Assembly (NCBI GenBank): GCA_013265495.1
Contig: MU058423.1
Span: 2,123,061 to 2,187,060, forward strand
Length of the DNA: 64,000 nt
Direction: 5' to 3'
From: Vicugna vicugna
Taxonomy: Eukaryota
Part shown: positions 35,991 through 48,311 of the stretch, one piece after another
Layout of the letters: the number at the start of each line of letters is the position of its first letter
Position numbering within the stretch: the first letter of the stretch is position 1
Program-made: the position numbers and the translations under genes
The notes under the pieces: model-generated
Seen by the model: the letters and a program-made list of their open reading frames with translations, nothing else
The model's database searches: none
Told to the model about the DNA's origin: nothing

Positions 35991-38900
35991 CCTCTTGAAG
36001 CCCCTGGCCGAGGGACCCAGACCCTGAAGCAGCATTACCAGGTTCTGCCCTCAGGGGAATGCGGCCCCCATGGCCAAGGCCCTCCTGAGCCCTGGGCCTC
36101 CCTTCATTCGTCTATTCAGGTCCATCTCTTTCGGCCGTCTTTCATGAACTCACCCCGCCAAAGTGGTCATTCCCCTGCCCTAGCCACTTCCACCTCTGTG
36201 CCGTTGTTCACCCTCTTCTTACTTTTCCACTTCACTGTCCTTCCACCCTACCATTCTGCAAGACTCCTCCCTGTGCGTTTACCTCCTCAATACACCACTC
36301 ATCTATTGAGCTCCTACTGTATGCCAGGGGCTGTGGGGGTTAAGAAGATCGCCCCCCTGGGAGATGAGGGCATGGAACCTCCGGGAGGAGGCAGAAAAGG
36401 GGTTATCCAGGAAGCAACAATTTTAGACAGAAGTACGGAAGAACCGTACAAGATTGAGCACAGTGAGTGAAGGGAGAGGGAATTTCTGACTGGGCTCTGA
36501 GCAGGCCTTATGGTAGAGGTGAGACAGGATACTGACCGCAAAGGGTGGCCAGGATTTCAATGGGAAAGGGGAAGGATGACCCCTGTGGAGGAGACAGCAT
36601 GATAAGGGCAAAGATTCAAGAGAGTGGAGAAGGTGTGCAGGCGGGCTGGCTGGCTGAGCTGGAGCAGCGACGGGCTGATAGGAGGTGTAGTTAGACAGGG
36701 AGGTAGAAGCCATGGGATACTGAGCATTAAATGAGATTTTTCCAAGTAAGACATTCCTAACAGCAGCCTGTTGCATAGTAAACTCCTGCTGTGTTGATGA
36801 TGATGTTGATGATGACACAGTGAGGAGCTGGGACAAGGGCTTGGAAGAAAGGTGGTTCAGGCCAGAGCTCTTTGTCCTGGGGTCCTGTGCACATGGAACA
36901 GCACCTGGAGCTCTGTCTTGCAAACCAGGCTGTCACTGGTCCAAACGAATCATGTGGTAAGGAAGGAGCAGTGAGAATCTGAACGGAGAAGAGACTTCCC
37001 TGGGCACAGTCAGAACAAGCAGGCAGCTGCCCCTCCTCTCCCGACTCACCTGGTGCCATCCTTGGAGGACGGCAGCCCTTCTTACAGCTCCGAGGGCACC
37101 TGCTCCTGTCTAGTTGGGGACAGCTAGTCTGTGTCAGGCATGGTGCTAATCTCAGTAGCTCATGGCTGAATTCAGAGGCAGGGTTTGTACAGTCAGTCGA
37201 GGACAACTTGGGAGGTGTTAAGGAGCTAAACAACTTTCCTCTGCATAGGCCAGAGCCCAACGAAAGCCTCAAAGCAGCTGAGGAGGTGAGAAGACAATGA
37301 CGAACTTCATCCAGACATAAGAGGAAGAAAATGTTTCCTGGAGCAATAAAAAAGGGGCTTTGTTAGCACCTAGGGGAGTTGTGTTCAGTTCAGTTTTTGC
37401 TCTGAGTATTATGTTGCTTGCAAGAGGGAACAGGATTCTATTTCTCACTCTCTCTCTCTCTCTCCTGAGACATGCCCAATACGTGTGCATATATACATAT
37501 ACACATATATATGATTCATGTAAGAATCTTTGTGGAAACAGCACAGATAACTTAATGAACTTTTATATTTTGGTTTCATGTTTCTTTTCAAAATCCATCC
37601 TTCTCAGTTCCATCAAGAGCTTATATGGAATATTGCTAGAGCTTTAGTTTATTTTGAGCTATAAATATAAAGCAGCAACGTGAAATGCTGATAAAGCAGC
37701 TAACGTTAAGTTTGAGCTGCGTGAATAGAACTGTAGTTTTCAGATGAAGGGGTGGATGTAACCAGTCTATCTAACTTCCTCTCTGAAGCTAGAGGACTAC
37801 TCTAAAGATATAGAGAGCAACCAGGGATGAGCTTGTGCTGGAATTTACCACATCCCCAGCCTCACAGACCTAGGTCTGGATCCAGTCAGGCCATTTAGAA
37901 GCTGCAGGCTTAGGGGACAAGTGAGAGATAAAGCCAGAAGGCAAGTCGGATTTGCTAATGTGGATGCCTGACATGCTAGGCTAAAAAAGCCTACTTATGT
38001 CAGAAGGTAATAGGGAGCCGCTGAAAGTTTTAGAGCATGATGGTGACATTATGGGGCTGACTTCCTATCTAGACTTAAATGGGAGGTGGCCACCCCAGAC
38101 CCCTTCAGAAGCATCTCTGCTTCCTGAGAGAAGGCAGCAATTTCTAGTCCCAGGTTCTACCTCACAGCAGTTCTGAGAGTCCCTTCATCCTTGACCTTAC
38201 CTCACTTCCTGTCTGAGAGAACTCCTGCAGTGAGCAGGGTTGGGGGAATGTGAGGAGAGAGAGAGGTCAGAGGCCCTGGAGGATCAGAGAGGGCCTCTAG
38301 ATTTTTTCCTGCATGTGCCACCTCACCATCCCCAGGTGTGACTCAGGTGAGCCTGTGAACCACTTGGTTCCTCACCTCCCCCCACTTCAGCATTGTGAGG
38401 CTGGAGGAGAGCAATGGATAGCTCTCCACAGGAGCAAGAGGCGCCACACAGAGGCAGGCCAGGCCCCACTGCCCAGCTCCAAAGGCAGCCTGGCCTTCTG
38501 CCTATTGGGACTCGGTGGCCTAGAATGCTGGCCTGGGGCATCTGACTCCACAGGGTCCTTATCATGCAGGGTGGGTGTCCGACTAAACACCCCTGCGTGA
38601 ACATCCAGAACACAAATCAAAACCCACCTGAGGATCAGTGAATCTAAGGGACCCTGCATACAACAAAAGGACTTGCCTCGTTCTCTTTTTTTGAGACAGC
38701 AGGATGTCAGATAAACTCGGGTTCTGATCCAACACTGCCTTGCCGGGTGACCTTTGACAAATCACTTAATATCTCTGACCTTCAGATACTTTATCTAGAA
38801 AATGGAAATATTCTGTTCTCTAACCTCGTGGGGTGGTTGTAAGGATTAAATGAGATAAACCCCTGTGTAAACTCAAGGCAGTAGTCCCACTGTTGCTTTT

Positions 38901-39039
38901 AGCTCATAAGATGTACCCGACGCTACTCTAAGCATCTTACACCTATTAACTCATTGAGTCATTCAAAGGCATTCACCCTGGAAGTCTGCAATGTGCTTTC
39001 TCCCCTTCAAAGCTGAAAACGTCATTTAAAAAATAATTT

Positions 39040-41400
39040 GCCATGAAAAAAAACAATGTAATTCAGTAATGTGATTGAATGCAAAATTAACATGTAAAAT
39101 GCCTATAACCACCAGATATACAACAGCCAGTAAGAAGATATGAGCTGCTTCAGTTATAATAGCAACAATGAAAGAGAAAAATACTTAGAAATAAACTTTA
39201 AAAGATGTGTAGAAGGCTCCTGAATGCCACTGAGAGATCTGAAAGCGCGTTTGAACATAAGAAAAGACAGTTTCTTAGATTGGAAGATAAATCACGGTAA
39301 CATGTTAATTCTCTCTAAATTAATCCATGTTTTTAAATGACACTAATGAAAATCACAAAGGGGTTTGAATTTTCTTTTTTAACTAGACTAGATGATTCTG
39401 AGATTCATATGGAAAAACCAGCAAAACAGCCAGAGAAATTATAAGGGGGAGTAATGGGTGTGATGTGGGAATTTAGCAGGTGGGAAAACATAACATAAAG
39501 CTGCAAGTTTAAATTAACGTGGTCCTAGTTATGAGAAATATATGAGGCAGAACACGTAATCCAGAAATAAAGGCAGAGGCAGTCATTTGGAATATAATAA
39601 AGATTACATCTCAAATGAATAGCGGGAAGATGGATTTTTAATAGATGGTATTGGCTTGGCCATCTGAAAAAAAGGAAATTTGAGTCCCTGCCTTACTCCA
39701 TATACCCATATACACTGTAGATGTACTGAGATTAATAAATGTAAAAATAAACATAGAAGGCATCAAAAGTAGTACTTAGAGGGGTATTTACAGCCTGAAA
39801 TAGATATATTAGAAAAGGAGAGTGAAAATCAATGAACCAAGCAACCATCTCAAGAATGTAGGAAAATCGACCCAAAGAAAACAGAAGGAAGGAAATGATA
39901 AAGACAGTATAGCAATTGGTGAAATAGGAAAGCAAACATACAATAGAGAGGATCATCAAAGCCAGAGGTTTGTCGTATGAAAAGTCTAATTTTTTTTTAA
40001 TGAAACCTAAAAGTAGTAAAAGAAAGCATGGAAAAATTGTCATAATGCTGAGTGGGGAAGACCTTTCTAAGTCTGATAAAATCACTGGCGTCCTTCTGCT
40101 TTATTGTTCTCCAAATCACTTATCACATCTGGCACTCAATTCACTTTCATGTTTATTTGCTTGTCTGCTCCCCAACTAGACAGACAAATGCTGTCTCCCC
40201 AGTGCCTAGAACAATCCTGCCATATAGTGGGTGTTGAGGGATATCCATTGAGTGACGGTTTAAAAAGTGGGGGAGGTATTTCTTTAACATATGGAGTTCC
40301 GAAAAATCATTAAGAAAAAGAGAAAAGGTTGGGGGGAGGGTATAGCTCAGTGGTAGAGTGCATGCCTAGCATGCACGAGGTCCTGGGTTCAATGCCCAGT
40401 ACCTTCATTAAATAAACAGGTGAATGAACCTAATTATCTCGCCCCAAAAATTAATTAAAAAAAGAAAAAGAGAAAAGGATATGAACAGAAAGTTCATAGA
40501 AAATAAAAAACAAATGGTTCTTCCACATATAAAAAGATGTTCAATTTCATTCATAATAAAAGAAGTGCACGTTGAAAAATAATGATATACCATTTTTTAC
40601 CTATTATGTTGGCAAATAATTTTTTTAAAAAAGAAGGTTGATAGCACACATCTTGCTAATGGGAGAAGGATTAAATTGTACAATCTCTGTGGAAGATAAT
40701 TATACCATATTTATCAATTACAAAGGTGCATCCCACTGCCCACAGGCCATATCTATCAAAATTATGAAGACACACACTCATTTTGCATGTGTTTGTTTAA
40801 AGGCAGCCATCTAAAGATAATCCTTACTGCAGTGTTTGTAATTTTTTTCTAAACAGGAAACTATTTAGATGTGTATCAATAAGGGACCGTTTACATAGTC
40901 AAATTTTTCCAGCCATTAGAATGAACAAGCCTGCTCTACATGTTCTGATTTGGAAACATCTGCAAAATGAGTTGTTAAATGAAAAAAAGATGCAGCAGAG
41001 TGTGGAGAGGGTGTGACCATTTGGTATGCTCCACATACTTGTAGAGACATAAAAATATTTCTGGAAGGATACATAAGAAATTGATAATAGTGCTTGCCTC
41101 TAGGAAGAAGTGCATGGCTGGGGTGGGGCGCAGGCAAGAGAGAAAAATTTGCTTGTCATCATGTACCTTTTGAACTTTGTATCTTATGTCTGTCCCATGT
41201 TAATTCAATATAGGCATATCTGCTTCTGTAATGCATATGAGATCTCTAGAAAGGGAACATCTGAAACTGGCCACAGTGACTTCCTCTGCAGAGGGAAACT
41301 GGGGGCTGGAGGGCCCTGGGAACAGAATCTTGGCATTGAACTTTCTGAATTTTGCTTTCTTTCTTCTTGTCCATGTGCATGTATTACCTGCTCATTAAAA
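39040..41400 (+). mobile_element. Decayed old L1M (ORF2 to 3'UTR), interrupted by an L2-like piece (~40080-40255) and the SINE at 40329
   Basis: AT/purine-rich sequence with L1 remnants (aaaatacttagaaataaac, catgttaattctctctaaattaat, aaaagatgttcaatttcattcataataaaagaa). Confidence 0.7.
40329..40461 (+). mobile_element. tRNA-derived SINE, camelid Vic-1-like, with 17-bp target-site duplication
   Basis: GGGGAGGGTATAGCTCAGTGGTAGAG (A box)...GGTTCAATGCC (B box)...AACCTAATTATCTCGCCCC and an A-rich tail. TSD AAGAAAAAGAGAAAAGG at 40312-40328 and 40462-40478. Confidence 0.9.
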
Positions 41401-43719
41401 TAGCAAAATGCATTTCTCCCTGCTGCTCTAGACTGCCACCTTCTGCCAATCTCTTCTCGGCCCCTGCCTCCGTCCCAGACCCTTGCCTCCCTCCCAGGCC
41501 CCTCTCAGTTTAAGCATACTCTGCCTTCTCCCCAGCAGGGCATGGTGGGAAGAGCGGGGATTGTGGAATCAGATAGATTGGGGTTCTCATTCTGACTTGG
41601 AGCTTTCTCGTCCTCATCTGTAAAATGGGAGTATAAGCAGTATCTATGTTCAAGGGCATGTGAGGTAACATGTATAAAGTGAGTGCTGGATAAACAGTGG
41701 TTCCTGCTAGCATTAACTTGCTTTTCCAGAACATGGCTGTAACCCCCAGGACAGGCTGGGTGGCTGAAGCTTTCCTCCCTTCGGCTACTGTCTCCAAACA
41801 TTGAAGGAAGAAAGAGGTGGCAAAGGCTTTGAGCAATGACAGTATCTTCTAATATTTATGAATAGCAGTGAGGACATTCCACTTGTTTGTAACTGCAGGA
41901 GGGTGAAAGAGGGTGTCCCAAATCGCCGCATGCCCGGCATCCTGGGGCCACAAACTCCCAGCCAGGGAGGAAGCCTTGTTCCATGTAAACAGAAGGGAGG
42001 GGGCTGCTCTAGTAGGAGCAGCATCCACAGGGAGTCGGGTGGGGAGGGGAATGTGCCAGGAGACAACAGGAAGGGAGGGGGCTATACACCCCACCAGACC
42101 TGGGGCGAGAGAATTAGATGCAAATCCTCCCTCGCCCAGAGCCAGCATGGAGCTTTCAGCCCCAGAGTCAAATATAGACCCACTTCCATAAAAGCACCAG
42201 CCTGCTTCTATAAATACCTCAGCCAGTTTTCCGGGGTTCTCATGTGACTTTGATGCCTACCTCGTCTGCGGGGATCCGTCTCCATGGTGACCAAGCCATG
42301 TGACCAGCCTCTCTTCATTCATGGCAGGTCACCACATCCCGGATTGGGGGTGGGGTGGTGAAGGGGGCTGGAGGGAGGGTTAAGGAGAGGGAGTACCGGG
42401 ATGAATAATGACTGAAGTGTCCAGTCTGGGGGAAGACTGCAGAGCTCCAGCCTTACCGCAAGGATGCTCTGACAGAATTACTGATCTCCCAGGTTGGCTG
42501 TCAGGCAAGGAACATTTTTATTCGAGAAGCAATAGACATCTTTGCCTCTGAATCAGAGAAGCAAAAGTTCAGAGCTATAAGGCACCTTAACAATCCTCTA
42601 GGACTGTTACAATCCGCTTGTTGTCAGATGAAGGAAACCAGGCCCGGAAAGGTCGAGAGACTTGCCCAAGGTCATGCAGCGAGTCAGTTGAAAACTAGGG
42701 CAAGTGTCAGGGAGCATGTCCCTAGCAGGCTCCTTCCCACCTCACTGGGGCTCCGCTCTGGGCTGGAGGCTACGGGGGCCAGAGATATGTGTGACTCTGG
42801 CAGGTGGGAATTTCGGTACCTTGATTCCCAGGTTATTCCACCTGGCTGGAGTCACAGGTCCTCCAAAGAAGGGAGATTTATTTATTCTGTGCCGAGGCTC
42901 AACCCTGGCTGCTTGGCTGATACACGTGGAGAGAGTGGCTAATAACTCGTGAGAAGTCCTGCAGTGCTGAGCAAACCCACATGTCATCCATGGTAATCTG
43001 TGGAAATCCCTCTTTGATCAGAATGTCCCAGATCTGCCCCCATCCATCTGAATCCCTCCAACATCTCCAAGTCCTGTGCCCTTTCTTGCCTGGTGCTGGG
43101 GTGAGATGAAAAGGCAAGGAAAAAACTCTTCCTGCCCTCACAGTGCTGCCCTGCTTAGGTGCACATGGATAAGCAAATAGAAGAGGATCTTATTAACCAG
43201 CAGCTGTGCTCCCAGACGTTAACCTGGAAGTAGGTGGGCCTTGGAAATCGGGGAAGTGGTCCAGGAGGACATGGTGGGCAGGGCACAGCCTGGCCAGCAA
43301 ATCGGGAGGGGCATTCTCAGGCAATACAGGATGCTGGGACAGGGCCTGGGGAAGGGACAGCCCGACCAAGGTGGGCTGAGGAGGAAATGCCGACCAAGTC
43401 TTGGGATAGGATGCGGATGACCACAAAACTGATTTACATGGTTCAATCACATGGGCTCAAGCCGCCAGCTGTGGAGGGTCCGGGAGGGGGTGAATTGGGA
43501 GAAGACAAAGAAACCCTTGCGCTGAAATATTCCTGAGGAGACAGGGAACAAAAATAGACATCATCCCAGGGCTGTATCTGTCAGCCTCAGCGGTGGGCTC
43601 TGTCACCACCTGGCCTTGAGACGGGTGTCCAGCAGTCTCCACAGAGATTAAAATCTACCGTGCTGGAGGCTGGTACCAGCCAGAGAGGCCCAGGGCAAGG
43701 CTCCAACCCCCTGACTTTT

Positions 43720-43871
43720 TTTTTGGAGACGGAGAGGAGGAGGTAATTAGGTTTGTTTGTTTGTTTGTTTGTTTGTTTGTTTGTTTATTTATTTATTTAA
43801 TGAAGATACTGGGGATTGAACCCAGGCATGCTAAGCCTGCACTCTACCACTGAGCTATACCCTCTCCGCTT
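43720..43871 (-). mobile_element. Vic-1-like SINE with an expanded internal (GTTT)n/(ATTT)n tract
   Basis: ggggattgaacccagg...ctctaccactgagctataccc. TSD CCCCCT(G/A)ACTTTT at 43707-43719 and 43872-43884. Confidence 0.85.
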
Positions 43872-43921
43872 CCCCCTAACTTTTAAAAAAAAAATTTAAA
43901 TTTGTAATTGTTTTTGGTTTT

Positions 43922-43961
43922 ATTTTTAAATTGTAGTGTAGTCAGTTTACAATGTTGTGTC
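43922..43961 (-). mobile_element. Tiny L1 3'-terminal stub
   Basis: aattgtagtgtagtcagtttacaatgttgtgtc is the reverse complement of the L1 terminus seen at 1986-2018 and 22989-23021. Confidence 0.6.
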
Positions 43962-46900
43962 TTTTTTCTTTCTTTTTTTTTCTCCCTTACCCATCACCTG
44001 TGTAGTCTCCTGGGAGCTAAGGACAGAGCACCCCTCCAGTCCCTGCCCCACCAGCTGTCAGCCAGCCTAACAGTGGACCACTCCTAACAGCCTGTCCCCA
44101 AGCTTACGGGGTGAGAGCAGATGCTCTGATGGGGAGGCCGTGCTGCAGGCTGGTGGGCAGGCCACGTTTCCTCTGTGCTTCCTGCCAGCTGAACAGCCCT
44201 GTGGTATGTGTTTACTTTACCCAGGCCGCCAGCTGCTGGGCTCTAGAGGCAAGGCTGCCCAGCCTGTTTCCAGACCCCCTTCCCCTGGCTCGTAGCAGGG
44301 GCTGTGGGATGCAGCACCGTTAGGAGAGAGACATATGTTCATTCAGTGCTGATTGGGAGTTAGCCTCGCAGTGTGGTCAGAGCACCTTAGGAGACATACT
44401 TGAAACTGAGTCCTGGCTGTCACTCACTAGGGACTCCCTTAGGGAGCTTATTTAGACTCTCTGGGCCTCAGTTGCTTATCTGTGAAAGGGGATATTGTTA
44501 CCTACTTTGAAGAAGAGTTGTGAAAATTAGAGATCGTGATTACAATGTGTCTGGCATGTAGAAAGCGATTTTAAAAGTCAGTCGCCTCTACTCCAGTGGG
44601 CGCACGGATGGAAGCACCTCCTCGTAGGCTCCCACCTTCCATGCTCACTGGCCCCAGCACCTGAGTCTTCCCCCTAGCACCATCTCTTCTGCCCAGAAGG
44701 CCCTCCCACTTGGCTCTGCTTATCAGAAGCCTTTCTGTCCTTCAAAGCCCCATTTCAGTGTCACTCCTCCCTGCTGCCATGCCTAATCACCTCCAGCCCA
44801 CAGGATGTTCCTCTCAGGTAGACTCTGCCCGCATTGAGGACTGGCTATCATCCCGTCTTTCAGCACACAGACAGCCTGCCTTTCATAGCAGTAATGACAA
44901 GAGCTATCGTGATGGAGCACCATTCACTGCACTGAGAACCTACCATGGCTGAGACTCAGAGAGGGTAAGTGACTTGTCTGTGGTCACACAGCTAATAGGT
45001 GGTGAGGGTGGGAGAGAGAAACTCAAGTCCAGTTGGTTGCACAGATTTTGCATCCTCACTGTTAATTACAATCTTAGTTGACCATCTTCACTCTCTCCAA
45101 ATATATTACAAGCCTGTGTGATGTAGTAGAAAAAAACACAGATTCTGGAGTCAGCTAGAAACGGGTTTAAAGCTCACCTTTGCCACTGAGTTGGGTGATC
45201 TCGTGTAAGTCCTTAATTTTTCCAAATCTGTTTCCTGGCCTACAGTTGTGAGCGGTTCAATGAGATGGTATGACATGTGGTAATGAGTCTGTCTTACAAA
45301 AACAGACATTACCACTGACACGTCCTGTTCCCCAGGGGGACGGGGTATGTAATGAGAGCATGGCTAGACCTTGAATGCATACCCAACTCCAGCACATACT
45401 AGGAGCTCCTATGCATCCTTTCTTTTCCTTCCTGATGCCATTATCACGAAGTAGATACTTTCAGTATCCCCAGTTTAGAAAGCCAAAGCTTAAAGAGGTT
45501 GAGAAACTTGCCCAGTGTAACATAAGCAAGCAGCAGAGCTGAGACTTGACCCAGGTCCATCCGATCCCAAAGCCCTGGCCCTGAACCGTGATTCCACACT
45601 GCCTCTTTGCGAAGTAGGTGATGGATGATTCTTCTTCCATCACTGCTGTGGGATAGCTAAGCAGGAATCACCATTTCCATTTTACAGATGGAGAAGTAAA
45701 AGCTTGAGTTATGAGTGACTTGCCCAAGGTCACAAGTCAGTTGGTGGCAGAGTCAGTTCTAGGACTTGGGGCTCCTAAACCCAGAGCTCCCTCCACTTTC
45801 TCCCTCATCCCTGCTGCCTGTGGCTGAGATTCTTGAGGTAGAGACACTGGGACTCAGAGATGTTGGCCAAGAAGTTGGCCACAGGCCACAGCCTGGGCCC
45901 GGGAAGCCTCCAACCATGGAGAAATTTGCTTTGAAGACAAAAGATGATTCCTGGCAAGGAGAGTCGTTCCTATTTCTGCTCCAGATAAATGGGAAGCTGC
46001 CATAGATTCTATGATAAATCTTTTCACTAAAGATGATGCATCAGTTTGAGCTGGTTATATGCACAGAGCCGTTGGACATTATACAAGTCAATTACTGAGA
46101 CCAAGTTCTCAGCACTGAGCAGAGATATTTTCATCAAGTGGCTGTAACAGAGCCAGAGCCTCCCAGGGATCTGGCTGGGAAGCTGGTCCACTTCAAGTCT
46201 GATGCCAGGGGTGACTGCAGAGTGCTGAGACCCGCCCCAGAAGCCCCGCAGGAGGGGTGTCCCCCACTCCCATCCTTGTGGCCTCCAGTCTGTGTTTGCC
46301 CCTGCAGCCACCATAAGGCTTCTGGGCAGGATTATTCACAGCCAGGATTATTCTGCTCATTTTATAATCCCCAGCCTAAAGTGCCTTCACTCTCAGCTGC
46401 CTGGCCTTGGGAAAATAAGTTTCCATACCAGGACAAATCCCAAGTATGGAGCTGCAAACTGGGCCTTGCTTCCCCAGCCCTGCATCTCAGAAGCACTTCC
46501 CCTATACCCTGCAGAGCTCCTCACCTGAACCCTGAACACTTCCAGGTCAGCTCTCTGCCCCTCAAAATCTCTTGGGCATCAGAGCTTGTTGAATCTGGCC
46601 CCTGGAAACTGCTCCAGGCCAGCAGATCCAGCCTTCCCTCAGTCCCCAAATTCTAAGAAAATATATGTCTGGTCCTCTGAGGACAGGAATTTTAAACCTA
46701 ATATGTTTGTTTTTCCAAGAGGGTCTTCCTCCGGCCTGAGTGTGGCTTTCAATGTTTCAGAACCAAGGTTTGATGTCCTAGCAAGAACACAGGGCCTGGT
46801 GATGTGAGCTTCACTTATAGCTGTGTGACTTTGGGCTGGTCTTTAACCTCTCTGGGCCCTAATTTCCTCATCTAAAAATGTGACAAATGGTTCATCTTAG

Positions 46901-47120
46901 CTCCAGAATGCTAAGATTCATTCTCTGGGATTCCAAGAAGGCAGTTGGAGACGTCTGGAGCAGAAGATGAGGGGGTTGGGAGTGGGAAGAAATAGGGAGG
47001 TGAGAGATGAAATGGAGAGGGCAGGGGTCTGAATCACATAGAACTTGAATGTCAGGCTAAAAATCTCAGCTTTTACTTTAAAGGTAACGGAGAACCAGAG
47101 AAAAATTTTAAGCATGGGAG

Positions 47121-47199
47121 GAGAGTTGCCAGATTTAGCAAATACCAGACATCTATTTAAATTTAAACTAGGCATCCTGTATTTTATCTGGCAACCCTG
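47121..47199. mobile_element. Internally deleted MER53-like hAT MITE within an L2
   Basis: Perfect inverted repeat GTTGCCAGAT (47125-47134) / ATCTGGCAAC (47186-47195). Degenerate TSD catgg. Confidence 0.7.
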
Positions 47200-47309
47200 C
47201 ATGGAGTGACAGAGAAAGCCCTTTGGCCGCTGAGTAAAGAATGTACTGGAGGGAACACAGCTGGAAGCACAAAGACCACTGAGGGGGTTGTTATATTCCA
47301 GGTGATAAT

Positions 47310-47545
47310 TACAAAAGCTAATATTTGTTGAACGCTAGTTTTTGCCAGGCACTGTTCTAAGTATTTTATGTATGTAAATTCATTTAATTCTCAAAACAAG
47401 TTGCAGTATCTAGTATCATTCCCATTCTACAGGTAAGGTGACGGTGGCACAGAGAGGTTAAGTAACTTGTCCAGGTCACACAGCTAGTTAGTGGCAGAAC
47501 TGGGGTTGGAGTCCAAAGCCCACATGCTTAACCACTCTGATATAT
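47310..47545 (-). mobile_element. MIR SINE (many more MIRs not listed separately, e.g. ~28030, 38700, 44360, 45110, 45660)
   Basis: tgccaggcactgttctaag...catttaattctca...ggcacagagaggttaagtaacttgtccaggtcacacagctag. Confidence 0.8.
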
Positions 47546-48279
47546 TGCCCAATCCCCGCCCCTGAACACAGTTTCTGACTGTCACCTGGGCCCTGCGGTG
47601 GGAAGTGGACTAAGTCAGAAACTGCTTTGAAGCCTCAGTCCCTGGGGTGGGGATTGGGATACTGTGACTGGCAGAGAAATGAGAAGGAGGCTCAGGAATC
47701 GAGTTGTATCACAGTTACACTCACATTTTCAGATCATTCGATACTTTTCAAAGCAGGAAGAAGGGCTTATAAGAAAAAGAACTAGCATCTCTTCAGCATC
47801 AAAGACCAGGCAGGGTGCACAGCAGAAGGTATTTAGGAGGCACGGCCAGCAGGGAACGGTGGCCAACTGAATGTCTTGGGTGCTGTCAGCCAAGAACAGT
47901 CTCTCTTGCCAGTTTTCTCCAGCTGTAAAAAGAGAACAATGTCCACAGCAAAGTCGTTTTGAGGATTAAATGAGGTAAAGAAACGGGAAAGCCACGCGCC
48001 TTGCAGTGCAGTCTGTGATTGTGCTATTATTCCATTCCTCTGCCTCTGCCTCTCTCCCTCGCCCTTTCCCTCATCCTCCACCTTCCTCTCTCCCCAACTC
48101 CGCCCTCCCGTTTTCTCATCTTTCCTCCCCTCCTTTTAGGCCTTGGGATCGAGCCTGTTCCAGGGAGTGTCTGCAGATGAGCAGCCTAGAAACAAACGTG
48201 CAGCCTCACATCTCGGCCACCCTGCCTCGCACCTCTGGCCTCTGGCTCTCCACCTGCCCGCCACCCTGTCCCCACGCGC

Positions 48280-48284
<5 letters not shown>

Positions 48285-48310
<26 letters not shown>
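48285..48310. repeat. (CA)13 microsatellite
   Basis: Read directly from the sequence. Confidence 0.9.

Positions 48311-48311
<1 letters not shown>

Noticed and set aside
35265..36470. 401-aa + strand ORF, the longest in the window
   Set aside because: Starts at GTG, is Arg/Gly/Ala/Pro-rich, lies across the CpG island antisense to exon 1 and ends in an L2 remnant. Long stop-free frames are expected in GC-rich DNA, and no domain is recognisable.
40333..40405. tRNA-like sequence
   Set aside because: It is the head of a SINE, with tail and TSD, and there are three diverged sister copies; not a tRNA gene.
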